Assembly (NCBI GenBank): GCA_951406725.2
Contig: OX597814.1
Span: 122,760,001 to 122,824,000, forward strand
From: Octopus vulgaris
Taxonomy: Eukaryota
Reading direction: 5' to 3'
Length of the DNA: 64,000 nucleotides
In this document: piece by piece, positions 41,418 to 52,957 of the stretch
Position numbering within the stretch: the stretch's first letter is position 1
Layout: the number at the start of each line of letters is the position of its first letter
Notes under the pieces: model-generated
Told to the model about the DNA's origin: nothing
The model's input: the letters and a program-made list of their open reading frames with translations, nothing else
The model's database searches: none
Program-made: the position numbers and the translations under genes

Positions 41418-41632
41418 TCTTCCATCCCACGTGTCCGTTCTTGTTTGTTTAGTCCATTCTCAGTAGGAGAAACGTGGAATGGAAGTTTTTACAGGGCCAG
41501 CATTAGTCTATGTGGTGAATATGGAATAATCATATCAAAAGAATACGAATGAAAGAATTTATTTAGCCCCGGATCCAAGCTCCGAAACTTACTTCTCCAG
41601 CCTGTTTCAAACAAACGAAACGTTAGTAAACA

Positions 41633-42051
41633 ACTGCAGCGTGGAAGGTCTTTATAAGCCATTTAAAAACACACAAAAACCGTTAGATTCATTTCAACAT
41701 TTAAATTGAATTTGTCAAAATATTTTATTTCTTTATTGCTCACAAATGGCCAAACATAGAGGAGTCAAACAAGGACAGACAAAGGGATTAAGTCGATTAC
41801 ATCGACCTCAGTGTGTAACTAGTACTTAATTTATCGACCCATAAATGTTGAAAGGCAAAGTCAACCTTGGCAGAATTTGAAATCATTTGTCAAAATATTT
41901 TCGTCCTTTTGAAACCGCGACCTGCTCACTGACAAAATTCCGTGCAGCCAAAGCGACGAAAATATTTTGACACATTAAATTTAAATGTTGAAGTGAATTT
42001 AACGGTTTTTGCATGTTTTTCTAATGGTTTATAAACACCTTCAACGCTGCA
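41633..42051. mobile_element. Inverted-repeat PLE-type fragment; left arm interrupted by an F1 SINE (41727-41882, minus) with 17-bp TSD
   Basis: 41634-41726 is the reverse complement of 41959-42050; atttgtcaaaatatttt duplicated at 41710 and 41885. Confidence 0.8.
41886..41936 (-). ncRNA. Minimal hammerhead motif, G3:C8 swapped core
   Basis: Reverse complement tttgtca-GTGAGCA-g-gtc(gcggtttcaaaag)gac-GAAA-atat-TT-tgacaaa; the other arm has gcgac-GAAA, extending stem II to gtcgc/gcgac. Confidence 0.65.
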
Positions 42052-42280
42052 ATTGTTTTTGGTTCAGCACACGATTTCAAATCAGGTCACTTGCCATTTA
42101 AGTAGATCTCCGAAACACTAGTAATTGCACAATAATAATTCATTACAGTAACGGGTTTTTTTCATTGTCCGTTTCGTATTAGGAATTAAGTACGAGTCGA
42201 AATGCAAAACGGAAAACTAAAACTGAAAAGTCGTTTTATAACTAGCTGTACCATCTTGGACTCAAGGGTACTAGATTGTA

Positions 42281-42512
42281 TTCTTTTATTATTTTCTATT
42301 ATCTTTTTCAGTCATTTGACTGCGGCCATGCTGGAGCACCGCCTTTAGTCGAGCAAATCGACCCCAGGACTTATTCGGTGTAAGCCTAGTACTTATTCTA
42401 TCGGCCTCTCTTGCCGCACCGCTAAGTTACGGGGACATAAACACACCAGCATCGGTTGTCAAGCGATGTTAGGGGTACAAACACAGACACACAAACATAT
42501 ATATATATATAT
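42281..42512 (-). mobile_element. F2 SINE 3' half (likely 5' half at 45596-45724)
   Basis: Reverse F2 tail and body up to the internal (TA)n. Confidence 0.88.
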
Positions 42513-42597
42513 GTAGGCCCCGGGTTGAGTCGGGGTTAACCACAATAAATAAGGTACTCAATACATAGCAGAGTAAAGTAATTTATTTTATAGAAGG

Positions 42598-42648
42598 AGC
42601 TTCTACAGGACTAGAACTGTTTCATTCAGATGAAATCTTCAGGAAGCT
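42598..42648 (-). ncRNA. Type I hammerhead motif, canonical core
   Basis: Reverse complement agcttc-CTGAAGA-tttcatctgaat-GAAA-cag(ttctagtc)ctg-TA-gaagct. Confidence 0.75.
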
Positions 42649-44096
42649 GGCTGTCAAAATAAGTTCTGGTATTTATGCATTTAGGCAGATTTAATTGAGT
42701 GGTGGTGGGGGACGTTTTTTAGGGTAGGTTGGTATTTAGGAGATAAACAGAGCACAAGCTATTGTTCTTAGGGGAGTGGTCAAAAGGCCAGAGTGTTTAT
42801 TGAAATGAGAAGAATCAGTGAGAAAATAAATAAATGAATAAATAGAATAAATGAATAGAAACAGATATATGGGATGGGATTTTAGGTGAATTAGAAGACA
42901 ATTGCTTTTTGGTGGTCAAGAAGAGGTAGGCAGTTTGTTATTGTTAGGTGGAGGGAATAAATAGATAAATATACATGATAAAACATATAAAATAAATATA
43001 CATACAAACACACATACAAACATACATACACATGCGAGTATGCATATGCATACATACATACGCACATATATACATACACATACACACACACATATATACA
43101 TACATAAATACATACATGCACAGATATATACACATATACACATATACATACATACACACATATATATAAATACACATATATATATATGCATATATATATA
43201 CATACATAAACATATACATATGTATATACATACATAAAAACATACACACACATACAACCATATGTATATATATACACATATACATATATATATATATATA
43301 CATGTATACACGCGTATACATACATATGTACATATATACACAAACACACACATACACGCATACACATACGCATGCACATATACATATGCACACATACATA
43401 CATATGCACATATATACATATATGTGCATATATACATATGCACATATATATATGTATATAATCTTAGGAGAGAAGGTAATTGGGGGTGATGAAGGAACGG
43501 TGGTGGGGTGGGGTGGGGTGGGGTGGTTCGTGGGTGGGGTGTCGTCAATCGGGTGGCCGGGTGGGTCTGTAATTTTTGTAGTTTGCATAGATTTTGTGCA
43601 TACAGTTTGGGGAGTGTTCCGAGATTTTGTTGAGGAGAGGGCCTTTGGCGAATAAGATCTCCAAGCTCTCAGAAATGCAAAGATCACAGCAAGTATGGCC
43701 TCCCGTGTAAGAACGCGCTCTCTGGAGTAGTCTCCACTTGATCTTGAAGGGGATGGAGTTCCTTTTTCATGTATATTTATCTATTTATTCCCTCCACCTA
43801 ACAATAACAAACTGCCTACATCTTTTTGACCACCAAAAAGCAATTGTCTTCTAATTTACCTAAAACCCCATCCCATATATCTGTTTCTATTCATTTATTC
43901 TATTTATTCATTTATTTATTTTCTCACTGATTCTTCTCATTTCAATAAACACTCTGGCCTTTTGGCCACTCCCCTAAGAACAATAGCTTGTGCCCTGTTT
44001 ATCTCCTAAATACCAACCTACCCCCAAAAAACGCCCCCACCACCACTCCATTAAATCTGCCTAAATGCATAAATACTAGAACTTATTTTGACAGCC

Positions 44097-44147
44097 AGCT
44101 TCCTGAAGATTTCATCTGAATGAAACAGTTCTAGTCCTGTAGAAGCT
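44097..44147 (+). ncRNA. Type I hammerhead motif, canonical core
   Basis: agcttc-CTGAAGA(44103)-tttcatctgaat-GAAA-cag(ttctagtc)ctg-TA-gaagct; predicted cut after GUA at 44141. Confidence 0.75.
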
Positions 44148-44165
44148 CCTTCTATAAAATAAAAT

Positions 44166-44199
<34 letters not shown>

Positions 44200-44416
44200 T
44201 AATGTAGGATAAAATTTTTTCGGGTAAAAAAATTTTATCAATGGCCAGCATATCAAAAAATACCTTTAAAGGTTAAATTTATAAATAATTTACAAAATAA
44301 GGGCAAAAGAAAAATTCTAATGCCAAATATGCCGAAAAACGACAATAATTGTCAATAAACCATTATAATTTATGCGTGTCGAAACAAACCGATAGAAATC
44401 TCTAAAAAATTCGTTA

Positions 44417-44477
44417 TTACCGTACTGGTCCAATTTCGGGGTTAATTCGTTAGAAATTTTCCCCTCTTCAGCGGCAA
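44417..44477 (-). ncRNA. Type I hammerhead motif (P2)
   Basis: Reverse complement ttgccg-CTGAAGA-gggg(19 nt)cccc-GAAA-ttggaccag-TA-cggtaa. Confidence 0.8.
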
Positions 44478-44655
44478 ATACGCGAGATATAAGTGAAATA
44501 CTTACTCATACCCATGGAAAAAGCAAGCACTAAGTCCCGAGCAGAGCCGAAGATTTTTCTATTTTGGATATATTTGGGGTACTTAGTTCTGCTCGGGACT
44601 TAGTGCTTGCTTTTTCCATGGGTATGAGTAAGTATTTCACTTATATCTCGCGTAT

Positions 44656-44716
44656 TTGCCGCTGAAGAGGGGAAAATTTCTTACGAATTAACCCCGAAAT
44701 TGGACCAATACAGTAA
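44656..44716 (+). ncRNA. Type I hammerhead motif (P2)
   Basis: ttgccg-CTGAAGA-gggg(19 nt)cccc-GAAA-ttggaccaa-TA-cagtaa; one stem I mismatch. Confidence 0.72.
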
Positions 44717-44845
44717 TAACGAAATTTTTAGAGATTTCTATCGGTTTGTTTCGAGACGCATAAATTATAATGGTTTATTGACAATTATTGTCTTTTTTTT
44801 CGGCATATTTGGCATTAGAATTTTTCTTTTGCCCTTATTTTGTAA

Positions 44846-44899
<54 letters not shown>

Positions 44900-44902
<3 letters not shown>

Positions 44903-45432
44903 CAATAATAACAAAGAGTAAAATTAATTAATTCACTAGTAATCAATAATTTCACCAAGTAGAATTCGGCATGAAAAGGGACCATTTGTCGGTAAACTTA
45001 AATAATATTTTATAATTAGGGTTCAGCAAAGATTTACTTTACCACATACCGAAGTTTAGAAATAGCAGCCAGAGAAACTTAGCTATTTCCTCTACTTTAA
45101 AAAGAGATTCCCGGACAAAAACAAAGTACTCGAAAACAATCCACGCAGGCAGAGAGGAAAAATAACGAAAATCAATCGATATTTGATTACCCATGTACGC
45201 ATTTCGAAATTAGATCGGTATAAAGAATGTAGAATTTATACTTTACCTGGAACATTTTCCTCATCAGCATGGAACTTCACAATATTAAATCTGGAGGCAC
45301 AGGAAGAATTGAATATACCTCTCCAGCTAACAGTATCAGATCTTTTTAAAGTAGAGGAAATAGGTAAGGTTCTCTAGCTGCTATTTCTAAACTTCGGTAT
45401 GTGGTAAAGCAAATCTTTGGTGAACTCTAATC

Positions 45433-45435
<3 letters not shown>
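44900..45435. mobile_element. Third inverted-repeat fragment between (TA)n tracts (arms ~45016-45105, 45340-45432)
   Basis: ttagggttcagcaaagatttactttaccacataccgaagtttagaaatagcagc is mirrored by gctgctatttctaaacttcggtatgtggtaaagcaaatctttggtgaactctaa. Confidence 0.65.
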
Positions 45436-45495
<60 letters not shown>

Positions 45496-45496
45496 T

Positions 45497-45724
45497 CCTT
45501 GAGCATGTGTCTTCTACTATTGCCTTGGGCCGACCATAGCCTTGGGAGTGGATTTGGTAGACGGAAACTGAAAGAAGCCCGTCGTATATATATATGTCTA
45601 CCAAATCCACTCCCAAGGCTTTGGTCGGCCCGAGTCAATAGTAGAAGAAACATGCCCAAGTGGGACTGAACCCGGAACATGTGGTTGGTAAGCAAGCCAC
45701 TTATCACACAGCGACTCCTGCACC
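45497..45724 (-). mobile_element. F2 SINE 5' half (45596-45724) with a local inverted copy (45497-45585)
   Basis: F2 head on minus strand; plus-strand mirror fragment across (TA)6. Confidence 0.85.
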
Positions 45725-46222
45725 AGTTTATGTTAAAGTAAAAACAATCATATTGAGTATTTAATATAGTATTTAGGCTTATAAATGAATAATTATTCGT
45801 ATGATAATGTCCAAGAATAAAACGATGGAGTCAAACGAAGTAAAGTCGAATAAAGGAGACATAATACAAGCCAACAGGACCAGGATTAGCAGAATCATTA
45901 GAGCCTAACGCAGAATGGATAATGGTGTATATGGTGTGTATGGTGATGATATTGAAGAGTGTGTGTGAGTGTGTGTGGTGTGAGTACTGGGAGGCATTGG
46001 CTGCTAGTGTGTATGGAGTGGAAAGGTACGTAATGGTGTGTGATGTGAGTACTGAGTTGAACAGTGTGTGTGTGTGTCTTTGGTGAGGGTACCGAGGCAG
46101 GCGTTGTGCAAAGTGAGGGGGGAGGGATGGCGCAGTTGAATGTGGGAGGTGGGTGGTAATTTAGGTGGGGTTGGTGTTAGAAGAAGAGATGTGCCGAAGA
46201 CATAAGGAACAAACGAATGAAT

Positions 46223-46436
46223 ATAGGAGTGGCTATAGGCGCAGGAGTGGCTATAGGCGCAGGAGTGGCTATAGGCGCAGGAGTGGCTGTGTGGTAAGTA
46301 GTTTACTTTCCAACCATATAGTCCCAGGTTCAGTCCCACTACGGGACATCTTGGGCAAGTGTCTTCTACTATAGTCTCGGGCCTACCAAAGCCTTGGGAG
46401 TGGATTTGGTAGTAGACGGAAACTGAAAGAAGCTTG

Positions 46437-46493
<57 letters not shown>

Positions 46494-46688
46494 TGTATAT
46501 GTGTGTATATGTTTGTGTATCTTTGTTTGTCCCCCAGCATCGCTTGACAACCGATGCCGGTGTGTTTATGTCCCCGTAACTTAGCGGTTCGGCAAAAGAA
46601 ACCGATAGAATAAGTACTAGGCTTACAAAGAATGACTCCTGCGGTGCTCCAGCATGGCCGCAGTCAAATGACTGAAACAAATAAAAGA
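46223..46688 (+). mobile_element. F2 SINE with triplicated 18-bp 5' end
   Basis: ataggcgcaggagtggct at 46235, 46253, 46271, then full F2 body. Confidence 0.9.
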
Positions 46689-46807
46689 CTATATGTACAT
46701 ATACGCAAGAAGAAAACGGAGGAAAATAGCAAAAAGTTGAAGTTGATCGTTTACGGTAGTAAAACATTAATTTAATTAATAAAGAAAAGTGTTAGTAATA
46801 TTAAATT

Positions 46808-46857
46808 TACGACCGTTTCTGTTTACCAGTTGTATTTGTAGACATCGTCAGAATGTA
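46808..46857 (-). ncRNA. Degenerate hammerhead motif
   Basis: Reverse complement CTGACGA-tgtctac(11 nt)gtaaaca-GAAA-cg-GTC; stem I poor. Confidence 0.5.
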
Positions 46858-47294
46858 GAGTCATATATAGAGGTAAGAAGAGCGAGAGACATAGGGATAC
46901 ATTGGTAACGAGAACACAGACAAAGAATGGTGAGTCTTACATTATAGTAGATTTCTTAGTTTACCCCTTGAATTACCTGCCATCCAGGTAATCACCGGAG
47001 CTTTTAGGATTTAACCATCCCTTAGAGATTTAAAACACTGCTAAAGTATACCTATATATATATATATACATATATTTATGTATGTAAATATGTATGTAGT
47101 AGAAATATGTTACAAAAAGAAAATAGAAACTACACACGTGAAAATGTAAAGGAAAGGAAGAAGAAAATAAGCGAAAATGCAAATTGGAAATCAAAAAAGT
47201 AAAGGCTTTTTATGAAAAGTTACGATAGATATATAGTTGAACTGAGGTAGGAATAAAAGTAATAAAAGTCATTATTGTGAATTGTTAAAGAGAT

Positions 47295-47337
47295 TCAAAA
47301 CATACCGGTTTCGTAAAATTACTAATCATTGCTTTGA
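47295..47337 (-). ncRNA. Minimal hammerhead motif, A3:U8 core variant
   Basis: Reverse complement tcaaagca-ATGATTA-gta(attt)tac-GAAA-ccgg-TA-tgttttga; 8-bp stem I; just downstream of a GIY-YIG remnant on the same strand. Confidence 0.68.
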
Positions 47338-47534
47338 ATGCACACTGATTACCGAACGGTGTCAGGTCTACTAGTCCCCAAGTAAAAAGATTATGTGTAA
47401 GGGAGATAAGTAGTTCTGGATTTGGTGCAGTTAGGGTAGATATAGATCTGTAATGTGAATGGTGTATAGGATGTATGGGTATTAGTGGTATAATTGAAAG
47501 GTTAGTAGTGTTCTGTATTATGTTATGTGTTCAT

Positions 47535-47890
47535 ATTGAGTTGTGGAAGATATTTATTGATGAAAGTTGTCTCTTTATTCATTCTTTGTTGTACTGAGGT
47601 GTTCTGTGAACATTGATAGAAGGCAAAATTAGGAAATTAGGATTAAGATTCCTAGCACACCTTTCTATGTGTTCACTGACCTGTATCTCTCTGTATTGTG
47701 GGTGGCGGATTTGCTCTTTGTGGAGAGTGGTTCTACGACGGAGTGATATTGCCGTTTGGCCAATATAGTTATTACCACACCCTAAGCATGTGGTGGGATA
47801 TATTATATTTTCCGAGGCACAGGTAACATTTGATTTAATCTTAAATATTTCACCTTGTTTAAAGTGGAACTCTCAACCCTCCAAAAAGGT
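47535..47890 (-). pseudogene. PLE GIY-YIG endonuclease remnant
   Basis: FKQGEIFKIKSNVTCASENIIYPTTCLGCGNNYIGQTAISLRRRTTLHKEQIRHPQYREIQVSEHIERC; 5'-truncated near (TA)n at ~47900. Confidence 0.9.
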
Positions 47891-47900
47891 GGGGATATAC

Positions 47901-47997
<97 letters not shown>

Positions 47998-49735
47998 GTG
48001 TATTCAGTATATAGTGTATATGTATTTGTACGCATGTGTTAGTTCTTGAGTTGTACGAGATGAGAATTAAACGAGCTGTTAACCACATGCTCAAAACTCT
48101 GACTCACCATTTCTTTAATAATATTTAATGAAGTTAAGACGCCTACGAAACCATAAGAAACGTGATTTTATTTTTAACCAAAAGTCTTACTGAATCCTGG
48201 TAGAAGACCATATTGTCTACAGTACCAGATGACTAAAACTGATTGTCATAGCTTTTATACGCGAGTAGCTGTCGTCTATTTGAACCAAATTGTCTGGATC
48301 GTTGTATTTCTTATTGTAAACACACCACGCTGAAATCAACGTTGGGCGGTGAGTGAAAGCAAACAGCAGGATTTAATGAAAATCTCTGTTGCTATGATAT
48401 CACTGAAAATACATAATTTTGTCTGTTTTATATATTTTTGTCGTTTCTGTGTTTCATTTTCTCCATGATGCTTTTTCTACGTTTATTTTCCTCTTCGCCC
48501 CTCATATCCATTATACATACATACGCGCACGCATACACACACACGTGTGTGGGTGTATGTATGTATATGTTTGTGTTTTCGTGTACCATTTAACATATGT
48601 ACAGTTCTACATAATGGATTTTGTAATAAATTATGGTTTTATCGTAGTGAAATATAAACGTTTTTTCTTTGTTTTTTTTTTCTTTTTGAAAATATACCTG
48701 TCATCATTTCTTGTTTACGTAACATCTCTCTTTCCCTCTCTCTTTCTTTCTCCCTCTCTCTCTCTATATATATATGTATGTGTGTGTGTGTGTGTGTGTA
48801 TGTATATGTATATCTTTCTCTAAATATAAGAGCTTATTTTATTGTTCAATATTTTTAGGATAATCCTGACTGAGGTCGACAAATCAAGATAAGAGAAAAA
48901 TTGTGGAATGTCTTGATTAATCAGAGAGAATTCTAATAAATCATATTTAGATACAAGTTAATGAAAACTGCGACGTTTGTAAATAATAAACTTCTTAAAA
49001 AGTCGATAATCATAATTTCATAGCTTCATAAAGTCGATAATTTATAATTTGTCATGAAAATCATTATATTTATAATATATCGTTGTTGAAAATAAAGAAA
49101 ATATGAAGGTAAGCAAAAAATATATTTTATTTTTCAGCTCAATAGACGATTTGAAAGATGTCTGAACATACAGAGTATATAAAAAAGTCGTCTACTGGAG
49201 AAAAACGGCGCAGAGCTATTGAATACATAGTTATGATGTGTAGATATTAATTTTTTTTCATTTAACTTTATTATGGTTTAACCGTAAGAGAAAGTGCAAT
49301 AGTTGTGACCCTTGCCAGCATCTCCAATGCTGATGGGAGAAACAAGACGAGAAACCTGACCTGAATGTTTACAACAGTGAAGATTTTACTTAAAATACCC
49401 AAGGGGACAAGTGATTTTGTTAAAGCAGGTAGCTAATTTAGTACACCCCCACAAGAACAGGAATGGTATTCCAACGGGATTTCCGTAGCTATAGAACAAA
49501 ATATTTGCCCATTGTGCATGGAAATGAAACCGAACCCGAACTTGCATAGTTGTTGAACTAACTTCTCAACTACACATACATTCTTTTCTTTTCTCATTTA
49601 TCTTTTACAGTCATTGAAGTGCAGTCTTGTAGTCGAGCATATCGATCCCAGTACTTTGTTTTTAAGCTTGATTCCTATCGACATATTAATACAAAGTTAC
49701 GGGAGATAAATAAAGGCACATACAAGCACATGTAT

Positions 49736-49792
<57 letters not shown>

Positions 49793-49937
49793 GTAGATGA
49801 AACAGGGACATATATTGCATGTCTCGTTTCTCATTGTGTTCAACGTTTTCTATGTCTTGTACCCATATATGCATGTATATATACATATATATGTAGGTAT
49901 GTACATATATGTATGTATATATGCATATATATATATA

Positions 49938-50203
49938 TTTGGGGTACTTAGGTCTGCTCTGGACTTCGTGCTTGCTTTTTCCATGGGTATGAGTAAGTAT
50001 TTCATTGATATCTCGCGTATTTACCGCTGAAGAGGGGAACATTTATTAATTAACCCCGAAATTGGACCAATACGGTAATTACGAATTTTTTAGTGATTTC
50101 TCTCGGTTTGTTTCGAGACGCATAAATTATAATGGTTATTGAAAAGTTTTGTCTTTATTTCGGCATATTTGGCATTAGAATTTTTCTTCTGCCCTTATCT
50201 TGT

Positions 50204-50206
<3 letters not shown>
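49938..50206 (+). mobile_element. P2 pseudo-LTR single copy between (TA)n tracts
   Basis: Aligns with 44572-44847. Confidence 0.85.
50021..50078 (+). ncRNA. Type I hammerhead motif (P2), all stems intact
   Basis: ttaccg-CTGAAGA-gggg(16 nt)cccc-GAAA-ttggaccaa-TA-cggtaa. Confidence 0.82.
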
Positions 50207-50267
<61 letters not shown>

Positions 50268-51515
50268 TATATATATAGGAACACATGCATATACACATAT
50301 ACATAAGTAAATACATATTAGATTGCTGACAATAGGTTCAAATGAAAGCGCGCTCAATAGGCTCTCACTACAACCTCTCCTATCCGGCGTGAAGTAGCTT
50401 TCTGTTCTTTTTCCAACGGCTGTACATTCTTCATATTAATAGGACAGAGAATCCTCTACAGACAACCTGAACGGGAAATAGCAATTACCAGCATCTTTTC
50501 TCCCTGTAATTGTACAAAAGGTTCTGCTGCTTGGTGCGTTTCCTTTCAGAGGCTTAATCACACCATTATTTCTGTGAGACTATAAGCTCAATCGGAATCC
50601 TCCTCTTTGCATTTTCACATCACAAAACAACGTCTGGCCTCAAGATAGTCATGACTACCTGAGGATACAGTAGTCTTCACCATCCCACCGCCGGTCACTT
50701 TCATATTCCATGATCAAATTTCTTCTTGTAAACTACTTGCTCTTTTTACTGTAGTCAATTACTTTCCTCTTTCTTTCGCGAAATTCATTGATAGTATTTC
50801 TTTTACTGCTGATTTTTGTTGTGTTTTGCCTCCTACTACATATCTGAGCAAGTTTCTTCTCATTTTGCACATGAATAGAAGTGTAAAGAAAAGTATCATA
50901 TGAAGTATTTAAGAAGATTATTTTTACATATTAAATGGTTTCACAATTTCATGATTCTCAAAAGTAATGTAACTCGGAGGAACTAGAAACACTACATTTG
51001 AAAATCATGAAATTGCAAAACATGTTAAGTAAATGTAAATAAATCTTCTTACAGATTTCAAATACATTTTCAACGTCTTTTCATTATACAAATACATACA
51101 TACATAAATACATACATATATACATATACATATATATATATTGATAAAAATGGTAAGACAACAAAAGAAAGAAAGAGACCTCGATATTATGTAAATAGAG
51201 GAATTTATATGTAAATGTTATATGTGACAATTATTCGGCGGCGTGGTTTTTCCACATCGGCATCCGAAACTCGGAGTTTTATCATGGCTACCGAATAGTT
51301 GTCACATATTACATTTACAGATATACACACACACACATATATATATATGTATGTATGTATGTTCTGTATGTATGTATGTATGTATGTATGTATGTATGTA
51401 TGTATGTATGTATGTATTATGTATGTATGTGTGTATGTACTATGTATGTATGCACGTGTGTATGTATGCATATATATGGATATGTATGCATGCATATATT
51501 CCATTCCATATCGGC

Positions 51516-51595
51516 TACCTCTGATGTGTGTAGGGTTACATAATCGGATTGTTACCTAACACTCCCTTGAATCCCTAGTGCGAAACCGATAGGTA
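51516..51595 (+). ncRNA. Degenerate hammerhead motif with long stem II insert
   Basis: tacct-CTGATGT-gtgtaggg...ccctagtgc-GAAA-ccga-T-aggta. Confidence 0.4.
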
Positions 51596-51616
51596 AGATC
51601 GGCCGTAATGGATATA

Positions 51617-52165
51617 TACGAGAGTGAATCAAAAAGTAATGCCATTTTGTTTAGGACAGGTATAATTATCAACACAGGAACATGTATCATGCATCAAAAT
51701 GATGCTGGTCCTCTGTGGATCACATCCCTACTTCTCAATATATTGACCGTTTCTCTCGATAGCAATGTTCCACTTTCGAATAAGAGCATGTATCCCTGCC
51801 CCATAAAATTCTGGTGACTGTTCTTTGAGCCACTTCTTCACTACAGTTTTCACTTCCTCGTCACTGGAATATTCTTCGGCCCCATGAAAGAGGGTTTGAG
51901 AAGCAAGCATTATTCCAGTGACGAGGAAGTGAAAGCTGTAGTGAAGAAGTGGCTCAAAGAACAGTCACCAGAATTTTATGGGGCAGGGATACATGCTCTT
52001 ATTCGAAAGTGGAACATTGCTATCGAGAGAAACGGTCAATATATTGAGAAGTAGGGATGTGATCCACAGAGGACCAGCATCATTTTGATGCACGATACAT
52101 GTTCCTGTGTCGGTAATTATACCTGTCCTAAACAAAATGGCATTACTTTTTGACTCATCATCGTA
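51617..52165. mobile_element. Mariner-derived fold-back element built from two inverted 3' ends
   Basis: ~255-bp arms with few mismatches; TA at both ends; plus strand 51874-52053 encodes FGPMKEGLRSKHYSSDEEVKAVVKKWLKEQSPEFYGAGIHALIRKWNIAIERNGQYIEK*, a mariner transposase C-terminus. Confidence 0.9.
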
Positions 52166-52248
52166 ATACTGTACACTTCGGTTATTATACCCATTCTATT
52201 TACAGATATACGAGTGCATTTTGTTCCTGACTTATAGACTTTTACACG

Positions 52249-52311
<63 letters not shown>

Positions 52312-52957
52312 TGAATGCATATCCAGACGTAAATATTTATGTATATACACGATGGACTTCCGCTTAATTTCAGTGCATACGAATCTCACAGCCAGCGGCT
52401 ATAGTAGTCATTTGCCCAAGATGCCACACTCTGAGAACGAACCCGAAACTGCATGTTTGCGAAGCGAACTGCATAACCACATAGTTGAGTATATCTAGCT
52501 AAACAGACAGTCTACAGATGTTGCCTGAATCGACACATTTTTGTTAATGTGTATCAATAACGACAGTAGATGTTAACAACCTTTCGATATCGATTACCTA
52601 TAGGTTAAGATTAGTGATTCTTTGCTCTGAAGCTAATATGAAGATAAATGACAGTATCCACTATTTTTATTTATTTCTAAACTATAGAAATATCTAGCTG
52701 AGTTTAATACAGAACTGGTAGAGATCGATAAATCGTAGATTAATCGCCAGAAAAAGTCGAACAAATACCTAGCGGGGTTTCTTACATGTCATACTTCTGA
52801 GTTCAAATTCCGATGAGGTTAGCTTTGACTTTAATTCTTCTGAGGTCGATAAAATAATTTACTAATTAAGAATTGTTTGACTGGCTGATGTGTTAGAGCT
52901 TTATTTTCTGGTGAGTACTGAAACAAGCATGATTAATTTGTTTGTCTTTATCTGACA

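Larger units (their letters stand above)
42513..44165. mobile_element. PLE-type element with ~400-bp inverted terminal arms (42581-42980, 43765-44165)
   Basis: Arms are near-identical reverse complements; each holds a hammerhead motif; (TA)n on both outer sides. Confidence 0.82.
44197..44847. mobile_element. PLE-type fold-back element, family P2 (arms 44289-44545, 44589-44847)
   Basis: ~260-bp near-perfect inverted repeat with ~43-bp spacer, between (TA)n tracts; single-arm homologue at 49938-50206. Confidence 0.85.

Noticed and set aside
43497-43566. (GGGGT)n G-quadruplex-like tract
   Set aside because: Ordinary low-complexity tract inside a repeat; nothing suggests function.
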